NCBI GenBank assembly: GCA_018992685.1
Contig: JACVGT010000013.1
Coordinates: forward strand, 1-64,000
Reading direction: 5' to 3'
DNA from: Theionarchaea archaeon
Lineage (GTDB): Archaea; Methanobacteriota_B; Thermococci; Methanofastidiosales; SZ-28-30
Length of the DNA stretch: 64,000 nucleotides
Positions 10,555-20,191 of this stretch are shown here, in pieces (positions within the stretch are counted from its first letter, which is position 1; the number at the start of each line of letters is the position of its first letter). Position numbers and translations under genes: made by a program. The notes below the pieces were generated by a model, which did no database searches, was not told the origin of the DNA, and worked only from the letters and a program-made list of their open reading frames with translations.

Positions 10555-11055
10555 TCACATCCTCATTCTTTCTACTGAGTAATAAGTTATGTCACCTTCT
10601 TCGTCAATGAAAGCAAACACCATCAGTTTATTCACAGAATGTGCCAGTCGGCAGTGTTTGACAATGTCATACGTCTGGAATTCTCTCTTCTCGGGAATGA
10701 CATGGATCAGGTACTCTGCGTGCTCTTCGGGTCCTTTCCGATACACTCTGAAATGGCATCCATATTTGAACCCTGTCTTTACTATGAGACCCCTGTCCCG
10801 CAGATCCTTGTACACAAAGAAGCGGATGTCGAATTCGGCCTCAGACCTGGCAATTTCCAGCAATTGGGAGAAGTTTAGTGGTTTTCCTTCAATTTCCACC
10901 TCAATCTTGCCTTTTTCCAGGAGATACAAAGCTTCCAGAAAATTGAGATAGAGTTTCTTCTCCTTGATTTTCCCATAGAACCCCTTGCTGTGTAGCTTTG
11001 ACACTTCTGGTTCATTTTCAAAGACTATTTGAGATTCCATGAGTTTGCCCTTCAT
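10555..11055 (-). CDS. endA: tRNA-intron (splicing) endonuclease, short homotetramer-type size
   Basis: GFYG, LEALYL, VYKDLRDRGLIVKTGFKYGCHFRVY, HAEYLI, RLAHSVNK; 166 aa from ATG 11055. Confidence 0.93.
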   Translation of the reverse strand: MKGKLMESQIVFENEPEVSKLHSKGFYGKIKEKKLYLNFLEALYLLEKGKIEVEIEGKPLNFSQLLEIARSEAEFDIRFFVYKDLRDRGLIVKTGFKYGCHFRVYRKGPEEHAEYLIHVIPEKREFQTYDIVKHCRLAHSVNKLMVFAFIDEEGDITYYSVERMRM

Positions 11056-11174
11056 GAGCCCACCTGAACAAGTGATGTCCCCTCGCTGCGCGGGATAGGA
11101 ACATGACATCCAATCCCGCTGTTCACGATTTCTCTTGTCCTGGAGAAAGCAGGCTGCTCACGTTGGATATTCAT
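11052..11174 (-). CDS. Putative 40-aa small protein MNIQREQPAFSRTREIVNSGIGCHVPIPRSEGTSLVQVGS
   Basis: Fills the gap exactly: ATG 3 nt after the upstream TAG with GAGGT upstream; its TGA overlaps the endA ATG (ATGA). Confidence 0.4.
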   Translation of the reverse strand: MNIQREQPAFSRTREIVNSGIGCHVPIPRSEGTSLVQVGS

Positions 11175-11177
11175 ACC

Positions 11178-11837
11178 CTACCTCTTCTTCACCGCAATTA
11201 CATAGAAATCCCTGAGCCATCCAGGACTTTTCAGAATCTCAATGCCTTTGTAGTCTCTCTGATACACTGAAAATCTGTATTTCTTGGGAGATTCCATTTT
11301 TTCAGTGAGAAGAGAACCCATCTTGAGAATGAGGTCCTGGGCAACCTTTTGCAATCGTTCTTCGTTCTTCCTGTACTCTTTTCGATGGGTGGAGTAGTAC
11401 ATCTTCATTCGGTCTTTGACAAAGGCTCGAATTACAACCACACACCACGCAACAGCTATGATCGCGTAGAGAATGTAAGGAAGGTGTTGTGGTGAGATGA
11501 AGGGCATCCTGGCACTCATGAAAGAAACAAGAAGTATAATCCCCACAATGAGGAAGGCCTGCTTCACGAGATACCTCATGAAAGCAAAGATATTGATGTA
11601 TAATTTCATTCTGGGTTCACTGTGGTACGGCAAATCAGTAATAGCCTTCATATCATTGTAAACCTGAGACCAGTTCTCCATTCGAGCAGATTCTCTCAGT
11701 GTTCGAGTTCTTTCTCTCAGTCCTTCTACGTCGACGCCCATCCCCACTCGATAAGAGTCGATTACTGAGATAAGCCAGGCAAGATTTTCCAGCTCCTCGT
11801 CCCTATTGAGAATCTTCCGTCTAAATTTGCTTAACAT
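11178..11837 (-). CDS. Hypothetical membrane protein (2 TM)
   Basis: GGAG-rich RBS before ATG 11837 (MLSKFRR); two central hydrophobic helices; first gene of the run leading to endA and eno. Confidence 0.75.
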   Translation of the reverse strand: MLSKFRRKILNRDEELENLAWLISVIDSYRVGMGVDVEGLRERTRTLRESARMENWSQVYNDMKAITDLPYHSEPRMKLYINIFAFMRYLVKQAFLIVGIILLVSFMSARMPFISPQHLPYILYAIIAVAWCVVVIRAFVKDRMKMYYSTHRKEYRKNEERLQKVAQDLILKMGSLLTEKMESPKKYRFSVYQRDYKGIEILKSPGWLRDFYVIAVKKR

Positions 11838-12016
11838 CCCACTCCTCTCCTTCCTTTCCTTTATATATCTTTCTGAAATCGCAGCACAGACAGTAACATT
11901 TAGCTCCTCTGCAACCTCGTCGATCGCTAAAGCCCAGAAATAATAACTCTTCTGAAAATACCGAACAAAACGGAGGATGTTCACCCCCTGCCATGCCTTA
12001 GAAAAGCGCGTTAAAA

Positions 12017-12072
12017 CCGAAAGTTTTATATACCTATTCCTGACACTAGATATGTCGAACACAATTTCGACA
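12017..12072 (+). promoter_or_regulatory. BRE/TATA promoter plus inverted-repeat operator upstream of the amino-acid permease
   Basis: CCGAAAG-TTTTATATA at 12017-12032; perfect IR TGTCGAA-N6-TTCGACA at 12053-12072. Confidence 0.6.
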
Positions 12073-12098
12073 ATACACAAAAAAAAGGAGGAAAAAAT

Positions 12099-13682
12099 AT
12101 GGCGAAAGAGGAACCCATAGTATTCACAAGGAGAGCGTCAGGTCTTGTCAGAGAAATCGGACTCTTCACTGCGATTGCCATTCCTTTGACTCACACCATT
12201 GGTGGAGGTATCAACAAACTTCTCATCATCGCAAGCTACGAACACCCTGGTGCCAATGTCCCCCTCGCATTCATTCTGGCTGGTATTCCTGTGATGGCTA
12301 CGGCAATATCTTACACAATGCTAGCTGTGAGCATGCCCAGAACTGGTGGTGACTATATCTACATATCACGAGGATTGAACCCTGTTCTCGGTTTCCTCAC
12401 GAGTTGGGGATTCTGGTGGACAGAGATCATGTCATTGGGTATCATCGCTATTTATGATGTGGACTTCTGGGGTCTCAGCTTTAGAATAGCCGGTCAAGCT
12501 ACAGACAGCGCAACATTAATGCACTATGCAGACGTGTTCAAAGGAGAAGGAGCAACTACAGGTCTGATAATCGGAATTCTCATTGTTATTGTATCAGGGC
12601 TGGTGACTTACTTCGGTGCCCGTGTATACTCTTGGATCATCAACATCGGGTTGGTCCTTGGCATTGTCGGCAGTATCATCATGGTCATCTTCTTCATATA
12701 CCGATCACCTGGTCAGGCTTCCACGCTGTGGAACGCGACCTATGGTGATGGTACCTATGAGAAGATCGTGCAGATTGCCAAAGACACAGGTTGGACGCCA
12801 ACGGGCTTCAGCTTTGGAGCCACGGCAGGAGCATCTATCGGTGCAGTGTGGGCATATATCGGATTTACAGCCGGTGCCTACATGGGTGGTGAAGTCAAGA
12901 ACCCATCCAAGGGTATGGTCTGGTCCATTTCTGTCAGTGCAATCCTTATCATACTGTACTACGCTTTTGTTGGTGTCATGGTATACAGAGCCTTTGGCGA
13001 CTTTATTCCCATGTACACACATGTCACCAATAACGCTCCCGACCAATTGGAAGCAATCATGGCATCATACCCAACACCATTGCTACCCACCTTCGCTGCA
13101 GCTCTTGCACCTGGACAGAGTGCACTGCAGTTCTTGATGGCTGCATCGGGTGCCATATGGCTGCTCAATGACATTCCTGCATTCTTCCTGGTGTGCTCAC
13201 GACTGGTGTTCTCGTGGTCCTTTGACCGATTCTTCCCCGAAAAGATCGCCGAAGTCAACGACAAGTGGCACAGCCCCCACTATGCTATTCTCCTGACCAC
13301 CATTGGTGGAGTGCTGGGAGTGATGTTCTACTACGGAAGGTCGTGGGTCGCTGCTGTGGACACCACCATGCTGTACATATTTGCAGTGATGTTTGGCTGT
13401 TTGGCTGCTGCAGTTACTCCTTATGTGCGGCGTGAAGTCTACGAACGAAGTATCAAATGGGAAGTCTTAGGAGTTCCATTGATGACCTTAGCTGGTATCA
13501 TTGGATTTGGCGGCAACTTCATTCTGGTGTTTGTTGCCGGCAAGGGAATCCCAGAACGTGACCTCTTCTTCCTGGCTATCTGGATGACCGTAGGTCTGAT
13601 CATCTTCTTGGCATACTATGCGCACAACATTCGCAAGGGAGTCGACGTCAAGACCATATACGCCGAGATTCCACCTGCTTAG
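12099..13682 (+). CDS. APC-family amino acid permease
   Basis: FTRRASGLVRE, MPRTGGDY.YISR, AYMGGEVKNP, SRLVFSWSFDR; about 12 TM; GGAGG RBS. Confidence 0.92.
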   Translation: MAKEEPIVFTRRASGLVREIGLFTAIAIPLTHTIGGGINKLLIIASYEHPGANVPLAFILAGIPVMATAISYTMLAVSMPRTGGDYIYISRGLNPVLGFLTSWGFWWTEIMSLGIIAIYDVDFWGLSFRIAGQATDSATLMHYADVFKGEGATTGLIIGILIVIVSGLVTYFGARVYSWIINIGLVLGIVGSIIMVIFFIYRSPGQASTLWNATYGDGTYEKIVQIAKDTGWTPTGFSFGATAGASIGAVWAYIGFTAGAYMGGEVKNPSKGMVWSISVSAILIILYYAFVGVMVYRAFGDFIPMYTHVTNNAPDQLEAIMASYPTPLLPTFAAALAPGQSALQFLMAASGAIWLLNDIPAFFLVCSRLVFSWSFDRFFPEKIAEVNDKWHSPHYAILLTTIGGVLGVMFYYGRSWVAAVDTTMLYIFAVMFGCLAAAVTPYVRREVYERSIKWEVLGVPLMTLAGIIGFGGNFILVFVAGKGIPERDLFFLAIWMTVGLIIFLAYYAHNIRKGVDVKTIYAEIPPA

Positions 13683-13710
13683 CTCTTTTTCTTTCTTTTT
13701 CTTCTTTTTC
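13683..13710 (+). terminator. Pyrimidine/oligo-T terminator
   Basis: CTCTTTTTCTTTCTTTTTCTTCTTTTTC directly after the stop. Confidence 0.65.
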
Positions 13711-13808
13711 AATCTTCATGAAGAATAGAAACAAATTTAAGAACTGACAATTTTCAACTGTTGCAAAGAACAAGATGTATTTCTCGCACAATGTAGATCC
13801 ATCAAACT

Positions 13809-14966
13809 TTATCGAATGTGAACTTCAACAATGTCTCCATCTTGCAGGATATGGTCTGATCCTACTTTCTGTCCCTCATACTTTGCTGAAGGGCCCCAAA
13901 TCCTAGCATACTTGAATTTCCTCTGAAATTGCTTGTGAATTCTGCCAGCGGCTTCATGGACTGTGGACTGAGGCTTCATGGTGATGGGTGGGTACGCAAC
14001 CTGTTCCCCCGGGGTCTTGGTATACACTCTAATGATGTTTAGCCTGCGATAAATGGCTTCTTTCACGGGCTCCAGGTTAATACCCTTCTCTGCCGAAATA
14101 GGAACAACCTCGTAGGAACTGTACTGCCCCCTGAGCTGAACAAACTGCTCTTTGCTGTTCTTCAGGTCTCCCTTGGTAGCCAGGATGAGGGCAGGTCGAA
14201 AAGCAGTGGATTCATCAAGTGCTTCCTGAAACTGGTCTACTGTGGTGTCCCCTCTGAACACCACAATGGCATTATGCACCTTTTCTCTGAGCAAGAGTTC
14301 CTTTATGACCTGTTCATCCCCCTGAAGAAACTGTCTTCCCCTCAACTCAATCCCCCCTTCAGCCCTCTTTATTATTTCAATGTCAGGGGGATCCTCGTTC
14401 AGCCGAATACCTCCCTTTTCCAGTTCTTCCAGGATTACCGTCATCTGTTCCACTGAGTCCCGGGAAAGATCAATGACAATTGCCACAACATCTGCTGCTC
14501 TTACCGCACTCAGAATCTGAAGACCGAATCCTTTTCCCATTGACACATCCTGAATAAGTGCTGGAATCTCCACCAGCTGTATCTGCACATCCTTGTACTC
14601 AAGCATCCCTGGCGTAGGAATTGTTGTGGTAAATGGGTAGTTCCCCACTTGGACATCTGCGTTGCTCAACCGGGTTAGAACTGAGGATTTTCCCGAGTTG
14701 GGCAGTCCCACCAATGCCACCTGAGCTGCACCTTCTTTCTTCACATTAAAGACTGGACCATGCCCCATCTTCCTGGACCTGGCATCCATTTCTTCTTTGA
14801 CTTTGGATATCCTTCTCTTAATCTGCATCTGCATTTTCTCTGTTCCTTTGTGCTTGGGAATCAACGTGAGCATTTTTTCCAGTGCTCTCAACCGCTCCTT
14901 TGGATTTTTCGCCTGCCTGAACTCTTCTTCTGCAGCCTGATATTCCGGTGTCACATTGCTGGGCAT
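13809..14966 (-). CDS. DRG/OBG-family GTPase with C-terminal TGS domain
   Basis: PKHKGTE, GLPNSGKS, YPFTT, TKGD, IRVYTK, IH..F...FKYARIWG, GDIVEVH. Confidence 0.93.
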   Translation of the reverse strand: MPSNVTPEYQAAEEEFRQAKNPKERLRALEKMLTLIPKHKGTEKMQMQIKRRISKVKEEMDARSRKMGHGPVFNVKKEGAAQVALVGLPNSGKSSVLTRLSNADVQVGNYPFTTTIPTPGMLEYKDVQIQLVEIPALIQDVSMGKGFGLQILSAVRAADVVAIVIDLSRDSVEQMTVILEELEKGGIRLNEDPPDIEIIKRAEGGIELRGRQFLQGDEQVIKELLLREKVHNAIVVFRGDTTVDQFQEALDESTAFRPALILATKGDLKNSKEQFVQLRGQYSSYEVVPISAEKGINLEPVKEAIYRRLNIIRVYTKTPGEQVAYPPITMKPQSTVHEAAGRIHKQFQRKFKYARIWGPSAKYEGQKVGSDHILQDGDIVEVHIR

Positions 14967-15057
14967 ATGTGTTTTACTGTGAGAGAATTTATAAATCTTA
15001 CATGTGTCGATTAAAATGCGGCACAAAGTCTTTTAATTTCCCCTTCCGCTAGAAATC

Positions 15058-15495
15058 ATGAACAGGAAAGAAGCACTCCTGACTGAAATGAAGACATCCG
15101 TGGAGAACCTCTTGGAAGCAGCTCAGGCAGTGAAAGGATTCGAATCCACTCCCGTAACGGGCACCTGGACCGCAAGTGAGGTTCTGTCTCATATAGCAGC
15201 CTGGGATCTCTATTTTAGAGAGCTCAGCAAGACCCTGAAGAGAGAAGATCCTCTACCAGAATGGCCTGATTTCAATGAATTCAATGAGAAAGCAGTTTCA
15301 GAAAGAAGGGACAAATCCAGAGATCAACTCGTTGAGGAAGTGAGGAAAACCAGGGACACGTACATACAGTTCATACAGGAGCTGCCTGAAGATGAGGTTT
15401 TCAACAAGGGAGTCCACAAATTCAGCATAGGAAGCCTGGCCAAGGACATCATTGACCATGATAAACACCACCTGAAACAGCTGAAAGCGCACTAG
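15058..15495 (+). CDS. DinB/DUF1706-like four-helix bundle protein
   Basis: WTASEVLSHIAAWD and C-terminal HDKHH. Confidence 0.8.
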   Translation: MNRKEALLTEMKTSVENLLEAAQAVKGFESTPVTGTWTASEVLSHIAAWDLYFRELSKTLKREDPLPEWPDFNEFNEKAVSERRDKSRDQLVEEVRKTRDTYIQFIQELPEDEVFNKGVHKFSIGSLAKDIIDHDKHHLKQLKAH

Positions 15496-16113
15496 CTATT
15501 TGATCACCGAAATGCATTCCTCAAGAGCTATTGTGAGGGATTTTACCATGAGATCGAGGCTCATAGAAGCTTTTCCAGGTTTATCCGCTGCCTGTTGGGG
15601 CAAATAAGGAAGGTGCATGAATCCTGCTTGCACTGGCAGAGCATGGCGCTTTATGTAATGTAGCGTTCCATACAACACGTGGTTGCACAGGTATGTCCCT
15701 GCAGAATTGGAAATCACAGCAGGAATTCCTGCCCTCTTCAAGGCATCCACAATCCTCACCACAGGAATGGAGGCAAAGTATCCGTCCTGTCCCTCAGGTT
15801 CGATGATCTGATTCCCTCTTAGAATTCCTTTGTTGTCCTTGACTTTCGCATCATCACAGTTGATGGCAATCCGTTCGACTGCCACGTGGGTATATCCACC
15901 TGCTTCTCCCATGTGTAGAATGATGTCAGGCTTCACTTCTCTACAGAAAGCGATGGCTTGTTTTCTGGCCTCGTCAAAGACGACTGGTAGCTGTCTTGCC
16001 ACAATGTCAATGTCCAGCTTCAGCTCCAGTACTGCTTTGCATGTTTCCCACGAAGGGTTGACTGCTTCTCCTTTAAAGGGTTCGAACCCGGTTAGTAAAA
16101 CTCCCACACGCAT
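15496..16113 (-). CDS. pcp: Pyroglutamyl-peptidase I
   Basis: LLTGFEPF, NPSW, ERIAIN, SNSAGTYLCN, GFMHLPY. Confidence 0.95.
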   Translation of the reverse strand: MRVGVLLTGFEPFKGEAVNPSWETCKAVLELKLDIDIVARQLPVVFDEARKQAIAFCREVKPDIILHMGEAGGYTHVAVERIAINCDDAKVKDNKGILRGNQIIEPEGQDGYFASIPVVRIVDALKRAGIPAVISNSAGTYLCNHVLYGTLHYIKRHALPVQAGFMHLPYLPQQAADKPGKASMSLDLMVKSLTIALEECISVIK

Positions 16114-16694
16114 CACCGCGGATTTGGCCAGAACTTGCCCCTGTACCATGGAGTTATAGGACAGCCCAGGCACCTGTTAGAGCTGTAGTAGGCACATTCT
16201 CTACAGTTGACCTCCAGTTCACAGGTCTGGTTTTCTATTTCCAGTTTCACGGGGAAGACAAAATCCTTGACAGGGGCTACAACCACATCAAAATTCACGT
16301 CCGATACCAATGGATTACTGCGCAAATGACGATCGATAATCGCCTCCAACGTGGCCACATCTTCGCCCATGAAAAACATGCACAAGTTGTGCTGACCAGA
16401 CGTAATGAGCCCGTTCAGGAAGAAGGGACAATCACTAAAGACCTCCAGAAGATGGGGTGTATTCTCGGCAGTCACATCAACCTTGGCCAAGTTGAGTCCC
16501 ACCGTCTTGAAATTCATTCCCACCATATAGTGAACAGCACCTTTTTCGCTGAGTTTCCTGATTCTCACTCCAACTGATGGCTGTGACAGGTTGACTTCCT
16601 TGGCGATGTCACTCTGAGACATCTGTGGGTTCTCCTCCAGAAGCGATATGATCTTTCGATCCTTTTCATCGAGGCCGAGCTTTTCTTTCAACAT
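16113..16694 (-). CDS. Lrp/AsnC-family regulator with Cys-rich C-terminal tail
   Basis: LDEKDRKIISLLEENPQMSQSDIAKEVNLSQPSV..RI.KL HTH; tail C-x5-C-x2-C-x7-C-x2-C; TGATG overlap with pcp. Confidence 0.88.
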   Translation of the reverse strand: MLKEKLGLDEKDRKIISLLEENPQMSQSDIAKEVNLSQPSVGVRIRKLSEKGAVHYMVGMNFKTVGLNLAKVDVTAENTPHLLEVFSDCPFFLNGLITSGQHNLCMFFMGEDVATLEAIIDRHLRSNPLVSDVNFDVVVAPVKDFVFPVKLEIENQTCELEVNCRECAYYSSNRCLGCPITPWYRGKFWPNPR

Positions 16695-16856
16695 GATTTT
16701 CTGAACTATGTGTACTTTATAAGTCTATCCTCTAGGTTATTACTTTCCACCCCCAAATCTAAATAGTATGAGAGGATATGTGGACGATTGATCAATACAA
16801 ACCTCACCTCATCACACTGCACATAACTCTTTTAACAGGGGATACCTTCTTTCAAT

Positions 16857-17723
16857 ATGAAGCTCATTGGCCCCCGAACACCACTCTGTGTGGGTCTGGC
16901 CCGCAAGCTGGAATGTGATTTTGTTGAGATGGACAGGAGAATATTCCCTGATGGAGAGCTTAACCCCCGCATTGTGGAAGCTCCCAGAGAGGTATTGCTG
17001 GTGAACACTCTCTCTTCGGAGAGGTTTGACCCCAATAGATATTTGCTGGAATTCTATTTTTCCATAAAAAATCTCACAGAAAGAGGGACAGAATCCATTG
17101 TGGTACTCATGCCCTATCTGCCTTATTCTCGCCAGGACGCAGTATTCAGGGAGGGGGAGTCCTTTACTTCCAAGTATGTTCTTGAATTGTTCAGGGATCT
17201 TGGCATTGGTACCCTCTTTTCAGTGACCTTCCACCTTCATCGCCAGCAGACAGGCAACTTTGTGCCGGGGATCACTCTTCATGATGTCTCCGGCATTGAT
17301 GCACTGCGCGACTTCATCAAGAAACGATTCATCCAGGAAGAACAGCCGATCTTCATAGCCCCTGATGAAGAAGCTGAAAAATGGGCTCGAAGAGTGGCAA
17401 CTCCCCTGAATGGCGAAGTTTTCGTCTTTAGCAAACGAAGAAATCGCTCGAAAGGAGCAATAGAAACTCAAGGAGAGATACCAGAAGGACGTGATGTGGT
17501 CATCGTTGATGACATGATTTCTACAGGGGGGACTATCCGAAACGCTGTTAATATATGCAGAGTCTTCAAATCCAAGAAGATCTTGGTGTGTGCGGTCCAC
17601 GGCATTTCCTCTCAAATTCCATTCCAGGATATCGACATTGTTACCACCAATACCATAGACAATCCTTTTGCTGAAGTGGACATGACACCCTATCTCGCGG
17701 AAGCTCTGTCACAATATCTTTAA
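16857..17723 (+). CDS. prs: Ribose-phosphate pyrophosphokinase (PRPP synthase), divergent
   Basis: FPDGE, MPYLPYSRQD, APD, VVIVDDMISTGGT, CAVHG. Confidence 0.88.
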   Translation: MKLIGPRTPLCVGLARKLECDFVEMDRRIFPDGELNPRIVEAPREVLLVNTLSSERFDPNRYLLEFYFSIKNLTERGTESIVVLMPYLPYSRQDAVFREGESFTSKYVLELFRDLGIGTLFSVTFHLHRQQTGNFVPGITLHDVSGIDALRDFIKKRFIQEEQPIFIAPDEEAEKWARRVATPLNGEVFVFSKRRNRSKGAIETQGEIPEGRDVVIVDDMISTGGTIRNAVNICRVFKSKKILVCAVHGISSQIPFQDIDIVTTNTIDNPFAEVDMTPYLAEALSQYL

Positions 17724-17745
17724 GGCAGCCTGCCGGTGTTCCAGT

Positions 17746-18477
17746 ATGAACGTGGTGTATCATCCCAGGTTCCTGGAGGATTACCCCACTGCCTCTTGTG
17801 AGTGTCCAGACAGGATTGTGAATATTCTTGAAGCACTGGAAGGGTATGCGCTGGTAGCACCAGAGGCTGCTTCTGACGCCCAGCTCAGCATGATCCACGG
17901 AGGTACCTATATCGAAACGGTGAAGAAGGAATGTCCTGATACCTACGCTGTTGCTGCACTTGCAGCGGGAGGAGCTGCGAAGACAGCTCTCCTCTCACTT
18001 GAAGAACCCGCGTTTGGGTTAATTCGTCCCCCAGGGCACCATGCCAGCAGAAACTCTGCATGGGGATTCTGTTTCTTCAACAATATGGCACTGTCTTTGA
18101 CGATGCTGAAGGAACAGGGGCTGATCAGAAATGCCCTGGTGCTGGACATTGACCTTCACTTTGGAGATGGCACGGTCGATATACTCGGCAGCGAGCCCTG
18201 GGTATCCATTTTCAATACAAGAGCACACGAAAGAACGCACTATATGGATGACGTAAGAAAAGTGCTGCGAGAACATGAATACGACGTCATAGGAGTCTCT
18301 ACAGGATTTGACACCTATGTGAGAGACTGGGGAGGCATCCTCACAACTGAGGATTATTTCATCATAGGGAGCCTTGTTAAGAAATCTAGTGAAAAGCGAT
18401 TTGCGCTCTTAGAGGGAGGATACTACCTCCCTGACCTTGGAAAGAATGTGCTGTCTTTCCTGAAAGGACTCTACTAG
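17746..18477 (+). CDS. Histone deacetylase/acetoin-utilization family protein
   Basis: RPPGHHA, GFCFFNN, LDIDLHFGDGT, STGFD, LEGGY. Confidence 0.93.
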   Translation: MNVVYHPRFLEDYPTASCECPDRIVNILEALEGYALVAPEAASDAQLSMIHGGTYIETVKKECPDTYAVAALAAGGAAKTALLSLEEPAFGLIRPPGHHASRNSAWGFCFFNNMALSLTMLKEQGLIRNALVLDIDLHFGDGTVDILGSEPWVSIFNTRAHERTHYMDDVRKVLREHEYDVIGVSTGFDTYVRDWGGILTTEDYFIIGSLVKKSSEKRFALLEGGYYLPDLGKNVLSFLKGLY

Positions 18478-18506
18478 TGTCGGGCGCCACAGGATTATTC
18501 CGCATG

Positions 18507-19625
18507 TCACCTCTTGAGAATGATGAGTCCCCCAAGGAATGCGAAAATCGGAACCAAGACAAATGAAGTCTGCATGGACGACATGTCCGTTATTGCACCC
18601 ATCAATATGGGAGCAACTGAGGCCATAATATAGCCCACAGAAAAGAACAGTCCCAGTCCTGTGCCGTGCATTTCCTCTGGTGTCCGATCAGTGAGCAACC
18701 CGAACAGCGTGGGCCAGACACTGTTGAAAAGTAACCCAGCCAGACAAGCAAAGCCAATCATCGCATAGTATTGGGGTAATGAAAGTAACACATACATCAG
18801 CACTCCTGAAAGGATTGACATTACACAAACGATCTTGGGCTTTTCGTACATGTCAGAGAGCTGGCCTCCAATGATCTGTCCAACAACGCCGAACCCATTG
18901 AATAGAGAAAGGAACAATCCAAACGTTGCAGAAGTAAATGCAAGGTCAGCCAGCTTCAGAGGCAGGAAGATGGTAAGCCCTCGGGAGGCCATTGAGACAA
19001 AGCCCAGACTGATGATCACCAAAAAGATTTTTCGGACAAACAGGCTGCGTACAGCGACCTTCCGCTTTTCACCTGCTTCTTCTTTCACCAAACCCAGGAA
19101 CAGAATACATACAACAATCCCTGCCACCGGGAAAACTCTGAATACAAAACGCCATCCATACAGCTGGGCTAGTACTCCCGCAATCACAGGAAATATGGTC
19201 ATACCCAGGTTGCCTCCAGCTCCATGAATTCCCAGAGCTTTTCCTTTCTGGTGCTTGAATGCACTGGAAATAAGTGAAACGCTGACTGGATGGTATACGC
19301 TGGCTCCCAGACCAGCCAACAAGTTCCATATCACAAGTTGGGCATATGACTGAGAAATGCCCATAAAATAGAAGCTCACCGAAAGACACAGTAATCCACC
19401 GACGATGAGCATCTTGCGCTTCCCCGTATAGTCAGAGAGATACCCCGTGAAGAATTGACCTGCTCCAAGAGAGATGATCATGCATCCACCGAGCACACCT
19501 ACCTGCAGGTAGGACAGAGATAGCTCTTTGGCTATCAAAGGAAGCAGAGTGGGCAGGACCAATTCAAACCCATCATCAACCAGGTGGGCGAGAAAGGTCA
19601 ACCCCTGCATGCGGGCTAGTGACAT
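18507..19625 (-). CDS. MFS transporter (Fsr-like)
   Basis: AHLVDD, GYLSDYTGKR, YHP, GKALGIHGAGGNLG, GGQLSD; about 12 TM. Confidence 0.9.
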   Translation of the reverse strand: MSLARMQGLTFLAHLVDDGFELVLPTLLPLIAKELSLSYLQVGVLGGCMIISLGAGQFFTGYLSDYTGKRKMLIVGGLLCLSVSFYFMGISQSYAQLVIWNLLAGLGASVYHPVSVSLISSAFKHQKGKALGIHGAGGNLGMTIFPVIAGVLAQLYGWRFVFRVFPVAGIVVCILFLGLVKEEAGEKRKVAVRSLFVRKIFLVIISLGFVSMASRGLTIFLPLKLADLAFTSATFGLFLSLFNGFGVVGQIIGGQLSDMYEKPKIVCVMSILSGVLMYVLLSLPQYYAMIGFACLAGLLFNSVWPTLFGLLTDRTPEEMHGTGLGLFFSVGYIMASVAPILMGAITDMSSMQTSFVLVPIFAFLGGLIILKR

Positions 19626-19731
19626 GAAGTGAAAATCTTGATGGGGTTTTTAAAACTATTGTTGTAGAAAGAGGATAGGGCCCTTCACCGACCCTGTGAA
19701 CCTGTCTCTGACCGTTCAGAATCGTCTTGCA

Positions 19732-20043
19732 CTACGTCCTTGAGCCCACAATTACCAGTATTCCCACTACAAGAAAGAACAGGGCAGCAGCAATATACAT
19801 CGGAAACGCCATATATGCCCTCAAGACCCAGAGACCACCAACTACTGCCAGCACAATTCCCCAGGCGCGATCATAAAATGAAGCACCTGTCATGATCATC
19901 CATCCTCCCATCCCCAGGAGCGCCATGGGTATCACCATGACTACGGGCACATGAGCAATCCACACCACAAGCAGCCCCACAGCAAGGATGATGAGAAACA
20001 CTCCCCAAAATATCTTCTGCAGGAAGGCGTGATTTGAATCCAT
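19732..20043 (-). CDS. Small integral membrane protein (4 TM)
   Basis: 103 aa, highly hydrophobic; GGAG RBS; TTTATAAA box upstream. Confidence 0.7.
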   Translation of the reverse strand: MDSNHAFLQKIFWGVFLIILAVGLLVVWIAHVPVVMVIPMALLGMGGWMIMTGASFYDRAWGIVLAVVGGLWVLRAYMAFPMYIAAALFFLVVGILVIVGSRT

Positions 20044-20132
20044 ACATCTCCAGTCTTAATAACATTTATAAACATTCCTTCATCATTCCTTCTTCTCTCC
20101 TGCTGACAACCAGTGGGTTCCCTCAGCCGCAA

Positions 20133-20174
20133 TCGAAACCTTTATATATTCTAGAAATTTCTGAAATTTTAGAA
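20133..20174 (+). promoter_or_regulatory. TATA promoter and palindromic operator of the regulator-tes operon
   Basis: TTTATATA at 20141-20148 followed at once by TTCTAG-AAATTTC-T-GAAATTT-TAGAA. Confidence 0.65.
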
Positions 20175-20191
20175 AAATGTGGAGGATATTT

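Noticed and set aside
16077-16092. GGGTTCGAACCC T-arm-like motif suggesting a tRNA
   Set aside because: Lies within the pcp coding sequence (TGFEPF) and no cloverleaf forms
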